Positions 1 to 7,815 of a stretch of 12,556 bases of DNA are shown piece after piece. The stretch covers positions 1 through 12,556 of the forward strand of contig JANLPS010000299.1 in assembly GCA_031367385.1 (NCBI GenBank), in the 5' to 3' direction. The translations under genes were made by a program, and so were the position numbers. Position 1 is the stretch's first letter, and every line of letters begins with the position of its first letter. The stretch is from Archangium sp. (GTDB taxonomy: Bacteria > Myxococcota > Myxococcia > Myxococcales > Myxococcaceae). The notes below the pieces were generated by a model. It saw nothing but the letters and a program-made list of their open reading frames with translations, ran no database searches and had not been told where the DNA came from.

Positions 1-1
1 T

Positions 2-508
2 CTTGCGAAACTGGAGGTTGCCCCAGGGGTCTGCCTTCCACGCGCGGACGATGGCGAAGTCGGCCTTCAGCGGGGTCTCGAGCACGTACTCGTGCCCGTC
101 GATGACCTTGATCTCCTTGCCCTTCGCGACCTCGGTGCCGACGCCGGTGCGCACGTAGAAGCCGCCGATGCCCGCCCCACCCGCTCGAATTCGCTCGGCC
201 AGCGTGCCCTGGGGGTTGAGCTCGACCTGCAGCTCGCCCGATAAGAACTGGCGCTCGAACTCTTTGTTCTCGCCGACGTAGCTCGAGACCATCTTGGCGA
301 CCTGCTTGTTCTTGAGCAGCACGCCCAGGCCAAGCTCGGTGGTGCCGCAGTTGTTCGAGATGATCGTGATGCGCTTCACGTTCTTGGCGTGAATCGCGGT
401 GATCAGGTTCTCGGGGTTGCCGCACAGGCCAAAGCCGCCCGACATCAAGGTGACTCCGTCGGGCATGTCTTTGACTGCCTCAGCGGCCGACGCGACGAAT
501 TTGTTCAT
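2..508 (-). CDS. scoA: 3-oxoacid (succinyl-CoA:acetoacetate-type) CoA-transferase subunit A, 3' end runs off the window
   Basis: Manual translation from ATG at 508: [36 protein letters not shown]...IISNNCG...[44 protein letters not shown]...[17 protein letters not shown]. It carries the family I CoA-transferase alpha-subunit motifs GGFGxxGxP, SNN and [15 protein letters not shown]. The ATG overlaps the thiolase stop (ATGA, 508-505). Confidence 0.93.
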   Translation of the reverse strand, partial: MNKFVASAAEAVKDMPDGVTLMSGGFGLCGNPENLITAIHAKNVKRITIISNNCGTTELGLGVLLKNKQVAKMVSSYVGENKEFERQFLSGELQVELNPQGTLAERIRAGGAGIGGFYVRTGVGTEVAKGKEIKVIDGHEYVLETPLKADFAIVRAWKADPWGNLQFRK

Positions 509-1683
509 CGCTCGACCATCAGCGCGATGCCCTCACCGCCGCCGATGCAGAGCGACGCGACGCCACGCTTGAAGTTGTGGTCTTTCATGGTGTGCAAGAG
601 GGTCACGAGCACGCGTGCCCCCGAGGCGCCGATGGGGTGGCCGAGCGCGACGGCTCCGCCGCGAATGTTGACCTTCTTCGAGTCGAGCTTGAGCAGCTGG
701 TTGTTGGCGAGCGAGACGACCGCGAAGGCCTCGTTGATTTCCCAAGTGTCGATGTCGGCGGCCGACTTGCCCGTCTTGGCGAACAGCTTGTTGATCGCGT
801 CGGTCGGAGCGATCGTGAACTCGGCCGGCTTGCGAGCCGCCGAGGCGTGCCCAACGATCTTCGCGAGCACCGGCAGGTTCAAGGCTTTGGCCTTCTCGGC
901 GCTCATCAACACCAGGGCCGCCGCGCCGTCGTTGATCGCCGAGGCGTTGGCCGCGGTGACCGTGCCGTCTTTCTTGAACACCGGCTTGAGCGTGGGGATC
1001 TTATCGATCTTCGCGTTCTTGGGGCCCTCGTCTTCACTCACCACCAATGCGTCACCCTTCTTCTGGGGCACCGAGACCGGGGCGATTTCGGTTTTGAACA
1101 AGCCTTCTTTTTGCGAGTGAATGGCGCGGTTGGTCGACTCGACCGCGTACTCGTCTTGGGCGCTGCGAGAGATCTTCATGTCGGTCGCGCAGGCCTCGGC
1201 GCAGACACCCATGTGCACGTTGTCGTAGGCGTCGGTGAGACCGTCGAGCACCATCGAATCTTTGAACTCGACCGTGCCCATGCGCGCGCCGGCTCGCATT
1301 TGTTGCGAGAGGTAGGGGGCGTTGGTCATCGACTCTTGGCCGCCGGCGACGATGACGTCGGCGTCGCCCGCCATGATCGCCTGGTAGGCGTTGACGACGG
1401 CCTGCAGACCCGAGCCGCAGACTTTGCCGACGGTGACCGCCGGGGTGGTGTTGGGCAGCCCGGCCAAGATCGCCGCTTGCCGCGCAGGGGCCTGGCCGAT
1501 GCCGGCGGTGAGCACGTTGCCCATGAACACCTGCTCGACGAGCTCGGGCTTGACCCCAGCCCGCTCGAGGGCGGCCTTGATCGCCACCGCGCCCAGCTGC
1601 GGAGCGGTCAACGGCGAGAGCGCGCCTTGAAAGGCGCCGATGGGGGTACGCGCTGCACCGACGATGACGACTTCACGAGCCAT
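505..1683 (-). CDS. atoB: Acetyl-CoA C-acetyltransferase (thiolase II)
   Basis: 392 aa ORF with RTPIG at the N-terminus, GQAPARQA, catalytic Cys in [18 protein letters not shown] and the C-terminal CIGGG. AGGAG Shine-Dalgarno lies upstream. Confidence 0.95.
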   Translation of the reverse strand: MAREVVIVGAARTPIGAFQGALSPLTAPQLGAVAIKAALERAGVKPELVEQVFMGNVLTAGIGQAPARQAAILAGLPNTTPAVTVGKVCGSGLQAVVNAYQAIMAGDADVIVAGGQESMTNAPYLSQQMRAGARMGTVEFKDSMVLDGLTDAYDNVHMGVCAEACATDMKISRSAQDEYAVESTNRAIHSQKEGLFKTEIAPVSVPQKKGDALVVSEDEGPKNAKIDKIPTLKPVFKKDGTVTAANASAINDGAAALVLMSAEKAKALNLPVLAKIVGHASAARKPAEFTIAPTDAINKLFAKTGKSAADIDTWEINEAFAVVSLANNQLLKLDSKKVNIRGGAVALGHPIGASGARVLVTLLHTMKDHNFKRGVASLCIGGGEGIALMVER

Positions 1684-1690
1684 GGTGATT

Positions 1691-1695
1691 CTCCT
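1691..1695 (-). promoter_or_regulatory. Shine-Dalgarno site of the thiolase gene
   Basis: Minus strand reads AGGAG-aatcacc-ATG (7 nt spacing). Confidence 0.85.
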
Positions 1696-1722
1696 AGGGG
1701 AGGCCTTCAGATAACCGGGCGC

Positions 1723-1751
1723 TTATTGCGCCGCGAGGCCGCGGAGGTCAA
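1723..1751 (-). promoter_or_regulatory. Possible sigma70-type promoter for the thiolase-scoA operon
   Basis: Minus strand TTGACC-N17-CAATAA about 40 nt upstream of the start codon and downstream of the rpsA terminator. The -35 is a good match and the -10 is poor. Confidence 0.3.
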
Positions 1752-1857
1752 GCCTCGAGAGCGGCGGCCACTTCGCACCCGCACAATCATTAACCGGTCG
1801 AATTCATTTCGGTTTCGGCGCCCCATGGTGCGCTGCAATACGACAGGCGCGACCCGC

Positions 1858-1896
1858 AAAGACAACGGGCCGGCGCCCGAAGGGAGCACCGGCCCG
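1858..1896 (-). terminator. Intrinsic terminator downstream of rpsA
   Basis: Minus strand CGGGCCGGUG...C-UUCG-G...CGCCGGCCCG forms a GC-rich stem (perfect 8 bp arms at 1866-1873 and 1889-1896) with a cUUCGg tetraloop, followed by UUGUCUUU. It begins 24 nt after the rpsA stop. Confidence 0.75.
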
Positions 1897-1920
1897 AAGG
1901 TCATGAAGCCGTTGGGTAGC

Positions 1921-3627
1921 TTACTTCTTGAACTTGCCCATCACGTCGCCCAAGCGCGCCTTCGCGCCCTCGGCCTGCTTCTTCAAGTACTCGCGGTAGT
2001 CGTCGCCACCGTCGTTCAAGAGCGCCTTCATCGACAGGGCGATTTTTCGATCGGTCGAGTTGATGTCGATGATCTTCACTTCGACGTCTTGGCCCTCGGT
2101 GATCACATCGCGGGGGTTCTCGACGCGCTCTTCTTTCATCTCGGAGACGTGCACGAGGCCTTCGATGCCCGGCTCGATTTCGACGAAGCCGCCGAAGTCG
2201 GTGACCTTGGTGACCTTGCCCTTGACGCGGCTGCCGACGGGCAAACGCTCAGACAACGTGTCCCACGGGTCGGCCGAGAGCTGCTTGATGCCGAGGCTGA
2301 AGCGCTCGTTCTCGACGTCGATGTTGAGAACGCAGGCTTCGACGACGTCACCCTTCTTGTAGAGCTCGCCGGGGTGCTTGATGCGCTGCGTCCACGAGAT
2401 GTCGGAGACGTGCACCAGACCATCGACGCCCTCTTCGACACCGACGAACACACCGAAGTCGGTGACATTGCGCACGATGCCCTTGATGACAGAGCCGATC
2501 GGGTACTTGTCTTCCAGCACCGTCCATGGGTTCTGCTCGATTTGCTTCATGCCCAACGCGATGCGCTTGGCCTTGGGGTCGATGTCGAGAACGACTGCCT
2601 CGACCTCGGTACCGACCTCGAGCAACTTCGAGGGGTGCTTGACGCGCTTATTCCACGTCATCTCGGAGACGTGCACGAGGCCTTCGACGCCCTGCTCGAG
2701 CTCGATGAACGCGCCGTAATCAGTGAGGCTGACGACCTTGCCCTTGACGCGGGTGCCGACCGGGTACTTCTCGTCGGCGCGGTGCCACGGGTCTTCTTGA
2801 ATCTGCTTGAGGCCCAAGCTGACGCGCTCTTGGCTCGGGTCGAACTTGAGAACGACGACGCGCACTTCGTCGCCGACATTGAACATCTCTGACGGGTGGC
2901 CAACGCGGCCCCACGACATGTCGGTGATGTGCAAGAGACCGTCGATGCCGCCCAGGTCGATGAAAGCGCCGTAGTCGGTCAGGTTCTTGACCTGGCCCTT
3001 CATGATCGCGCCCTCCTTGAGGTTCTTGAGGGTCTCCTTCTTCTGCTCTTCGCGCTGCTTCTCGAGCAACACGCGACGCGAGAGAACGATGTTGCCGCGC
3101 TTCTGGTTGAACTTGATGACCTTGAACTCGAACTCTTTGCCCAAGTACTGGTCGAGGTTTCGAACCGGGCGAATGTCGACCTGCGAGCCGGGCAAGAACG
3201 CCTTGACGCCGATGTCGACCTGCAAGCCGCCCTTCACGCGGCCGGTGATGGTGCCCTTGATGATCTCGTCGCCTTTGACGGCGTTCGAGATCTCGTCCCA
3301 GATGCGCATCTTGTCGGCCTTCTCTTTCGAGAGGACGACCATGCCGGTGTCGTTTTCACGCGACTCGAGGTAGACGTCGATGGTGTCGCCAGGCTTGACC
3401 GCGAGGTCGCCCTTGGCGCTGGTGAACTCACTGATTGGTACCTGACCTTCAGATTTGTAGCCGATGTCGACCACCGCGTACTCAGCCGTGACTCGCACGA
3501 CGGTACCGCGAATGACTTCGCCTTCTTTGACGAGGCCGGTACGCCCACCCTCTTTGATGGACGCTTCGAACAGTGCTGCGAAATCTTCTTCGATGTCAGG
3601 GCCCGGCTGGTTCACGTTCTGCTGCAT
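1921..3627 (-). CDS. rpsA: 30S ribosomal protein S1
   Basis: Six S1 repeats (VDIGYKSEG, FLPGSQVD, GAFIDLGGIDGLLHITDMSW, GVEGLVHVSEM, GVDGLVHVSDISW, GIEGLVHVSEM). The ATG at 3627 (MQQNVNQ..., 568 aa) is preferred over the TTG at 3660 given by the track. Confidence 0.97.
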   Translation of the reverse strand: MQQNVNQPGPDIEEDFAALFEASIKEGGRTGLVKEGEVIRGTVVRVTAEYAVVDIGYKSEGQVPISEFTSAKGDLAVKPGDTIDVYLESRENDTGMVVLSKEKADKMRIWDEISNAVKGDEIIKGTITGRVKGGLQVDIGVKAFLPGSQVDIRPVRNLDQYLGKEFEFKVIKFNQKRGNIVLSRRVLLEKQREEQKKETLKNLKEGAIMKGQVKNLTDYGAFIDLGGIDGLLHITDMSWGRVGHPSEMFNVGDEVRVVVLKFDPSQERVSLGLKQIQEDPWHRADEKYPVGTRVKGKVVSLTDYGAFIELEQGVEGLVHVSEMTWNKRVKHPSKLLEVGTEVEAVVLDIDPKAKRIALGMKQIEQNPWTVLEDKYPIGSVIKGIVRNVTDFGVFVGVEEGVDGLVHVSDISWTQRIKHPGELYKKGDVVEACVLNIDVENERFSLGIKQLSADPWDTLSERLPVGSRVKGKVTKVTDFGGFVEIEPGIEGLVHVSEMKEERVENPRDVITEGQDVEVKIIDINSTDRKIALSMKALLNDGGDDYREYLKKQAEGAKARLGDVMGKFKK

Positions 3628-3750
3628 GGATAGGGTTTTCCTAAAAACTGCTTCAAGCACGACACCCCAGGTCGAGCGAAATCACCGAGAGAGGCCGCGG
3701 GGCTTGCGGTATCTCGGAACACTGCCCGGAATGAGCGGTGATGCCTCGGG

Positions 3751-3780
3751 GCACTAGCCGAGGCACGGTGTAGGCGTCAA
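3751..3780 (-). promoter_or_regulatory. Possible rpsA promoter
   Basis: Minus strand TTGACG (3780-3775)-N18-TAGTGC (3756-3751) in the intergenic region about 120 nt upstream of the start. The -10 is weak. Confidence 0.35.
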
Positions 3781-3808
3781 CAGGTGTCGAGGGGGCCAAG
3801 CACCGAAG

Positions 3809-4582
3809 TTACTTGGCTTTATCGACCTTCGGGTAGAGCGGGCTGAGCTTGGGGTGGGCCAACCGGTCGGCGTAGACCTCTTCTCCGAGCTCGTAGAGGG
3901 CTGAATCGAGGTCTTCTTCGGCCAATTTGAGCTCGTCTTCTTTGGTCACGAGGGTGTTGTCGAGCTCGGTCATCAGGTCTTCATGCTCGGCTTTACTCTC
4001 TTCGCTCTCGTCCTCCATCTCGAGCAGGCGGGCGTGAGCGAGAATGCCTTGGGCGCCCTGCTGCCCCGGCCTGGGGGTCAAGATCGACTTGAACTCGAAC
4101 TCGAGGTCGTCGATGTGGCGGCGGTCGCGCATGATCTGCAGGCGAAACTTTTTCAGGTTCTCACCCGAGAGGCCGAGCTTGCGCAGGTCATGGCCTTCGC
4201 GCTGCTCGAGATCTTTGTGCTTTTCTTCGGCGAGCTTCATCGACTTTTTCTGGTAGCGGTGCGCGGCCTTTTGCGACGAGATCTTCTTCTTCAGGTCGCG
4301 GCTGCGGGTCTCGACGCCTGAGACGGCAGCGGCCCACTTCTTGGTGATTCGTTGCTGGTCGATCTTCTCGACCTCGATGCGCTCGAGAAAATCTTTGAAG
4401 CTCGCGTCTTCATCGTTCATCGCCTGCTCGGCGTTCTCGATGTCTTCTCGCAGTGCGAGCACGGCGTCTTCGGCGGCGAAGACCTTCTCCATCGCCCGCG
4501 GAGGGCTCTTGGCTTCGGCCAGGTGCTCGCGCGCGAGATCTCCGAGCTGAAAGATGAGGTCTTTGTAGGTGCCCTGCGACAT
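3809..4582 (-). CDS. Hypothetical highly charged coiled-coil protein (257 aa)
   Basis: From ATG 4582 (MSQGTYKDLIFQLGDL...) the ORF is E/K/D/L-rich and helical with strong GC3 codon bias. The 156 upstream codons in the track ORF (from 5050) are an R/A-rich off-frame read through the neighbouring gene. Confidence 0.85.
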   Translation of the reverse strand: MSQGTYKDLIFQLGDLAREHLAEAKSPPRAMEKVFAAEDAVLALREDIENAEQAMNDEDASFKDFLERIEVEKIDQQRITKKWAAAVSGVETRSRDLKKKISSQKAAHRYQKKSMKLAEEKHKDLEQREGHDLRKLGLSGENLKKFRLQIMRDRRHIDDLEFEFKSILTPRPGQQGAQGILAHARLLEMEDESEESKAEHEDLMTELDNTLVTKEDELKLAEEDLDSALYELGEEVYADRLAHPKLSPLYPKVDKAK

Positions 4583-4632
4583 GTCGGTGGGTTTTCTAGC
4601 GCTTTTCGAGCGCGCTGCGGGAGCTTCGTGAA

Positions 4633-5580
4633 TCAGACCAGCTGAAACGCGACCGAGAAAAGCACGGCGACCATCAAGCCCAGCTGAGCGCGAAACAGCC
4701 AGGCCGGTCGGCGACGCAACATGCGGCCGACGAGCGCAGCGGGGGTGCAGACCAGGGCCAGCCCCAACACGGTGCCGGCGAAGAGCGCCAACGTGTCGAG
4801 CGAGAGCCCTGCTCCACCGCCGTGCACACCGACGCCGAGGCCGACGAGCAAGGCGATGAGGTCGACCCGGCGTGAGGCCCTGGGCACCACGCAGCCCAAG
4901 GCCGCGAGGCCGAGCACGAGAGGCCCGACCATCGCAGGCACGCTGATGAGCGAGCCGAGCAAGACCACCCCCAGCCCCGCGGCGGCGCGCCAGGAGGTGA
5001 CCGAGATCAGAAGCAGCACCACACAGCCCAGCACGTCGAGGGTGAAGCAACGGGCAAAGCCCTCTTGAAACAGTGACCCGACCCGCGGCCCGGAGGCAGC
5101 CGTGACGCGTGGCACGGTGAGATGGGTCAGCGTGCCTTGGGCGAACGAGTGGCTCAGCTCTGCGTCAGACTGGCTGCCGAGCACGACCCGGTAATTCGCC
5201 GGGAGCACCGAGAGGATCTTGTAATTCTGCCGCAGCTCACCCGGGCCGCAGGCGTACTCTGCACGCAGCTCGATGAACCCTTCGCGCAGCCGGGCGGTCT
5301 CGGTGGGGGCCCGGGTACACGGCGTGGCGGCGGCGGTCAGAGGCAACTGGTCCCACACTCCGGCTCGAAGGGCGTCGGTGCGAGCGTCGAGATCTCGCTG
5401 GCTGAGCTCACCATCATGGTCGGCATCGACGGGCGCCAACTGCCCGAGCGTCGAGGCGGTGAGGGTCAACGTCTCGATGACCTGCGCCTCTCGGGCGTCG
5501 GCGAGCACGTAAATGATGTCGGCGTCGTGGGCCCGGGCCACGCCACTGACGAGCAAGACCGCGGCCGAGAAGCGCTTCAC
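4633..5580 (-). CDS. HupE/UreJ-like membrane protein with N-terminal exported domain, degenerate C-terminal membrane domain
   Basis: Signal peptide ending ARA-H (MKRFSAAVLLVSGVARA|HD), a DxDxDG EF-hand-like loop (DADHDGELSQRD), a Cys pair, then several hydrophobic segments. This architecture matches long HupE/UreJ-family proteins (recognised from memory). The GTG start overlaps the upstream stop (GTGA). Confidence 0.65.
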   Translation of the reverse strand: MKRFSAAVLLVSGVARAHDADIIYVLADAREAQVIETLTLTASTLGQLAPVDADHDGELSQRDLDARTDALRAGVWDQLPLTAAATPCTRAPTETARLREGFIELRAEYACGPGELRQNYKILSVLPANYRVVLGSQSDAELSHSFAQGTLTHLTVPRVTAASGPRVGSLFQEGFARCFTLDVLGCVVLLLISVTSWRAAAGLGVVLLGSLISVPAMVGPLVLGLAALGCVVPRASRRVDLIALLVGLGVGVHGGGAGLSLDTLALFAGTVLGLALVCTPAALVGRMLRRRPAWLFRAQLGLMVAVLFSVAFQLV

Positions 5581-6800
5581 GGTGCGTCAGTCAGGCTCGC
5601 CTGGTGATACCCGCCCAGCACTTCGCACCACCCGAACCCGGCCTTGCCCGCTTCGAGGTTCTGTCTGGTCACCCAGCGCGACTCGCCCGAGGTCGGCTCG
5701 TGAATCAAGAATCGCTGGCCCTCGGCTGTGGTCTCGACCTCGAGTGCCAGGGCCGCATGTGAGCGAGATTCTTTGTTCGAGGTGCCGACCAGCAACGGGG
5801 TCGCGATGCCCGCTTCGAGCTGCGCGGCGATGGCGTCGAGCATCGCCGGCACCGGGAGCGCGTCAGTGACGATGGTGCGCTTGAACGTCAGCCCCAGCTT
5901 CTCGGCGAAGCCGTTGTAGACGGCGTCGATGTGATTGCTGTCAACGCCTACACCGGGGATGTTTCTGGCCGTGGGCGTGCCGCCGCTCTTGGTGAGCCAG
6001 AGTGACTGCTCGCTCTTGAGCGCGCCGTTCTTCATCGAGTCGCCGCTCTTCGGCGCCCAGTTCACGTTGTAGTTTTTCTGGTGCGTGCTGAGCGCGTAGA
6101 TCGGGTCGAATTCACCGCGCAGCCCCTGCGCGACAGTCGGCACGCACGAGTCGTGAAATTGCTGAGTGACCCCGGTCTGTTGCCCGTCGTCGACGATCGG
6201 GTCGGCCAGGTTCAGCACCTTGAGCATCTCTTTCGAGCCCATGTGCCGAATGGTCTGTTCGAACGCATTGATCTCATCGAGCGACGAGCCCGCGGCCAGC
6301 GCCTTGAAGACGAAGGCCCGGCCCATCATTGACTCGGTTCGACCCAGAATGCCGCGAAAGCGCACGGCCTCAGGTTCGGACAACCCGGCGATGATCTTCG
6401 CTGCTCGCAGTGCCTGATACCCACCCATCACCCCCCATTGCGCCGCCGACTGCGACATCAGCAGCACGTCATCAACGCTCAGCCGCGTGCCGACTTTTGC
6501 CGACAGCGCATCGAACACGGCCTGCCCTTCTTTGAGCTCAGGGCCGCGCAATGCGTCTCTACCAGAGGGGACTGACAAGTCGCTCCAGGTGAAGGCCGGC
6601 GGCGGCATCGTCGCGACGAGTTTTTCGAAACGAACCTTCGCGCCAGCCTCGAAGCGATCGCCGTTGGCGGCCAAGAAGGCCTTGAGCGCCTCACGATCGG
6701 CGTTCGAGGTGACCGCGGCTTCGAGCTCTCCGACGGTCTGCTCGTCGATGCTCGTTCGCTTGCTCGCCGCTCCGAGGGCCGATTGAAGTTTCGTGTCCAA
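5577..6800 (-). CDS. Hypothetical protein with C-terminal papain-like/peptidase C39-like domain; start uncertain (TTG 6800 or GTG 6818)
   Basis: QQFHDSCVPT (Cys codon 6146-6144), SHAALAL (His 5759-5757) and FLIHEP (Glu 5699-5697) follow the order of C39-like catalytic motifs. The track extension to 6974 overlaps the divergent SDR gene and looks non-coding. Confidence 0.7.
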   Translation of the reverse strand: MDTKLQSALGAASKRTSIDEQTVGELEAAVTSNADREALKAFLAANGDRFEAGAKVRFEKLVATMPPPAFTWSDLSVPSGRDALRGPELKEGQAVFDALSAKVGTRLSVDDVLLMSQSAAQWGVMGGYQALRAAKIIAGLSEPEAVRFRGILGRTESMMGRAFVFKALAAGSSLDEINAFEQTIRHMGSKEMLKVLNLADPIVDDGQQTGVTQQFHDSCVPTVAQGLRGEFDPIYALSTHQKNYNVNWAPKSGDSMKNGALKSEQSLWLTKSGGTPTARNIPGVGVDSNHIDAVYNGFAEKLGLTFKRTIVTDALPVPAMLDAIAAQLEAGIATPLLVGTSNKESRSHAALALEVETTAEGQRFLIHEPTSGESRWVTRQNLEAGKAGFGWCEVLGGYHQASLTDAP

Positions 6801-6867
6801 GAGGCGTTTCTTTCGCACGAAATGCGCGCGCTTCCAACTCGGCGGGCGGTGGCGTATCAGACGCGGC

Positions 6868-7812
6868 ATGCGCGTCGGCCTCACCGGCATCTCGTCAGAC
6901 TTGGGGCGCGCTCTGCTGCCTCTTCTCGAGTCAGATCGCGCGGTTGAGCGCATTGTGGCCTTCGACGTGGCCACGCCCGATTACAGCTCGACTAAAGCAG
7001 ACATGGTGCGAACCGACCTCACCCGGCCTGGCATCGACGCCGAGCTGACCCGGGCGATGATCGACGCCAAGCTCGACGCGCTCTTTCACTTGGCCTTCGT
7101 GAACTCGAAGGTGCACAAAGCGGCCTTCGCGCACGAGCTCGAGGTGGTGGGCACGCTGCATCTGCTCGAGGCAGCGGGAGCTGCGAAGTTGAAGCGCCTG
7201 GTCATACCCTCGTTGACGGCGCTGTACGGGGCGCACTCGAGCGGCCCGACGTTCTTGCCCGAGCGGCACCCGCTGGGTGGTTGCCCTGGCAGCCGGTTCA
7301 TCACCGACCGGGTCGAGGTCGAGGCGCGGGTGTTGGCGTTCACCGAGAACCACCCAGAGGCGGCGACGCAGATATTGCGATTCGCGCCGATCGTGGGGCC
7401 GGGCAGTGACAACCCGTTCACGCGGTTGTTGAGGGCTCCGTTGGTGCCGACGATGCTGGGCTTCGACCCGCTGTGGCAGGTGGTGCACGAGGCTGATGCC
7501 GCGCGGGCCTTGCACCTGGCGCTGCACTCGCGGTCGGTGGGCACCTTCAACATCGTCGGTGACGGCGTGATGCCGCTGTCGACGCTGATTCGCCGCTCGG
7601 GGGCGCAGGCGGTGCCGATGCCGGGCCCGGTGTTGCGCTCGGCGCTGCTGGTGCTCGAGGCAATGGGCATGGCCTCGGTGCCCGAGGCGTTACACGACTT
7701 TTTCAAATTCAGCTGGCTTGCCGACGGCCGACGGGCGATGCAGGAGCTCGGCTTCTACGCTCGTATTCCAACCGACGAAGCCATCGCAGGCGCAGTAACG
7801 CGGGGGAACTGA
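6868..7812 (+). CDS. NAD-dependent epimerase/dehydratase family protein (atypical extended SDR)
   Basis: Rossmann start MRVGLTGISSDLG, then FHLAF, GTLHLLEAA, SLTALYG, LRFAPIVGP, DPLWQVVHEADAARA and GTFNIVG. The ATG at 6868 gives 314 aa. Confidence 0.88.
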   Translation: MRVGLTGISSDLGRALLPLLESDRAVERIVAFDVATPDYSSTKADMVRTDLTRPGIDAELTRAMIDAKLDALFHLAFVNSKVHKAAFAHELEVVGTLHLLEAAGAAKLKRLVIPSLTALYGAHSSGPTFLPERHPLGGCPGSRFITDRVEVEARVLAFTENHPEAATQILRFAPIVGPGSDNPFTRLLRAPLVPTMLGFDPLWQVVHEADAARALHLALHSRSVGTFNIVGDGVMPLSTLIRRSGAQAVPMPGPVLRSALLVLEAMGMASVPEALHDFFKFSWLADGRRAMQELGFYARIPTDEAIAGAVTRGN

Positions 7813-7815
7813 CCA

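Noticed and set aside
1707..1904. 65 aa minus-strand small ORF between rpsA and the thiolase
   Set aside because: It runs through the terminator hairpin and candidate promoter, has no SD, and its Arg-rich composition is typical of non-coding GC-rich DNA.
577..2892. 771 aa plus-strand ORF (and 2896..3633) antisense to the thiolase and rpsA
   Set aside because: It is an in-register antisense shadow of strongly codon-biased high-GC genes. The thiolase and rpsA happen to share a frame (237 nt gap), so the shadow spans both. It has no recognisable motifs.
4583..5050. N-terminal 156 aa extension of the coiled-coil ORF in the track
   Set aside because: It overlaps the HupE-like gene in another frame and has R/A/G-rich off-frame composition.
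6793..6974. Apparent head-to-head overlap of the peptidase-like and SDR ORFs
   Set aside because: It disappears when the more plausible starts (6800/6818 on minus, 6868 on plus) are used, leaving a short divergent intergenic gap.
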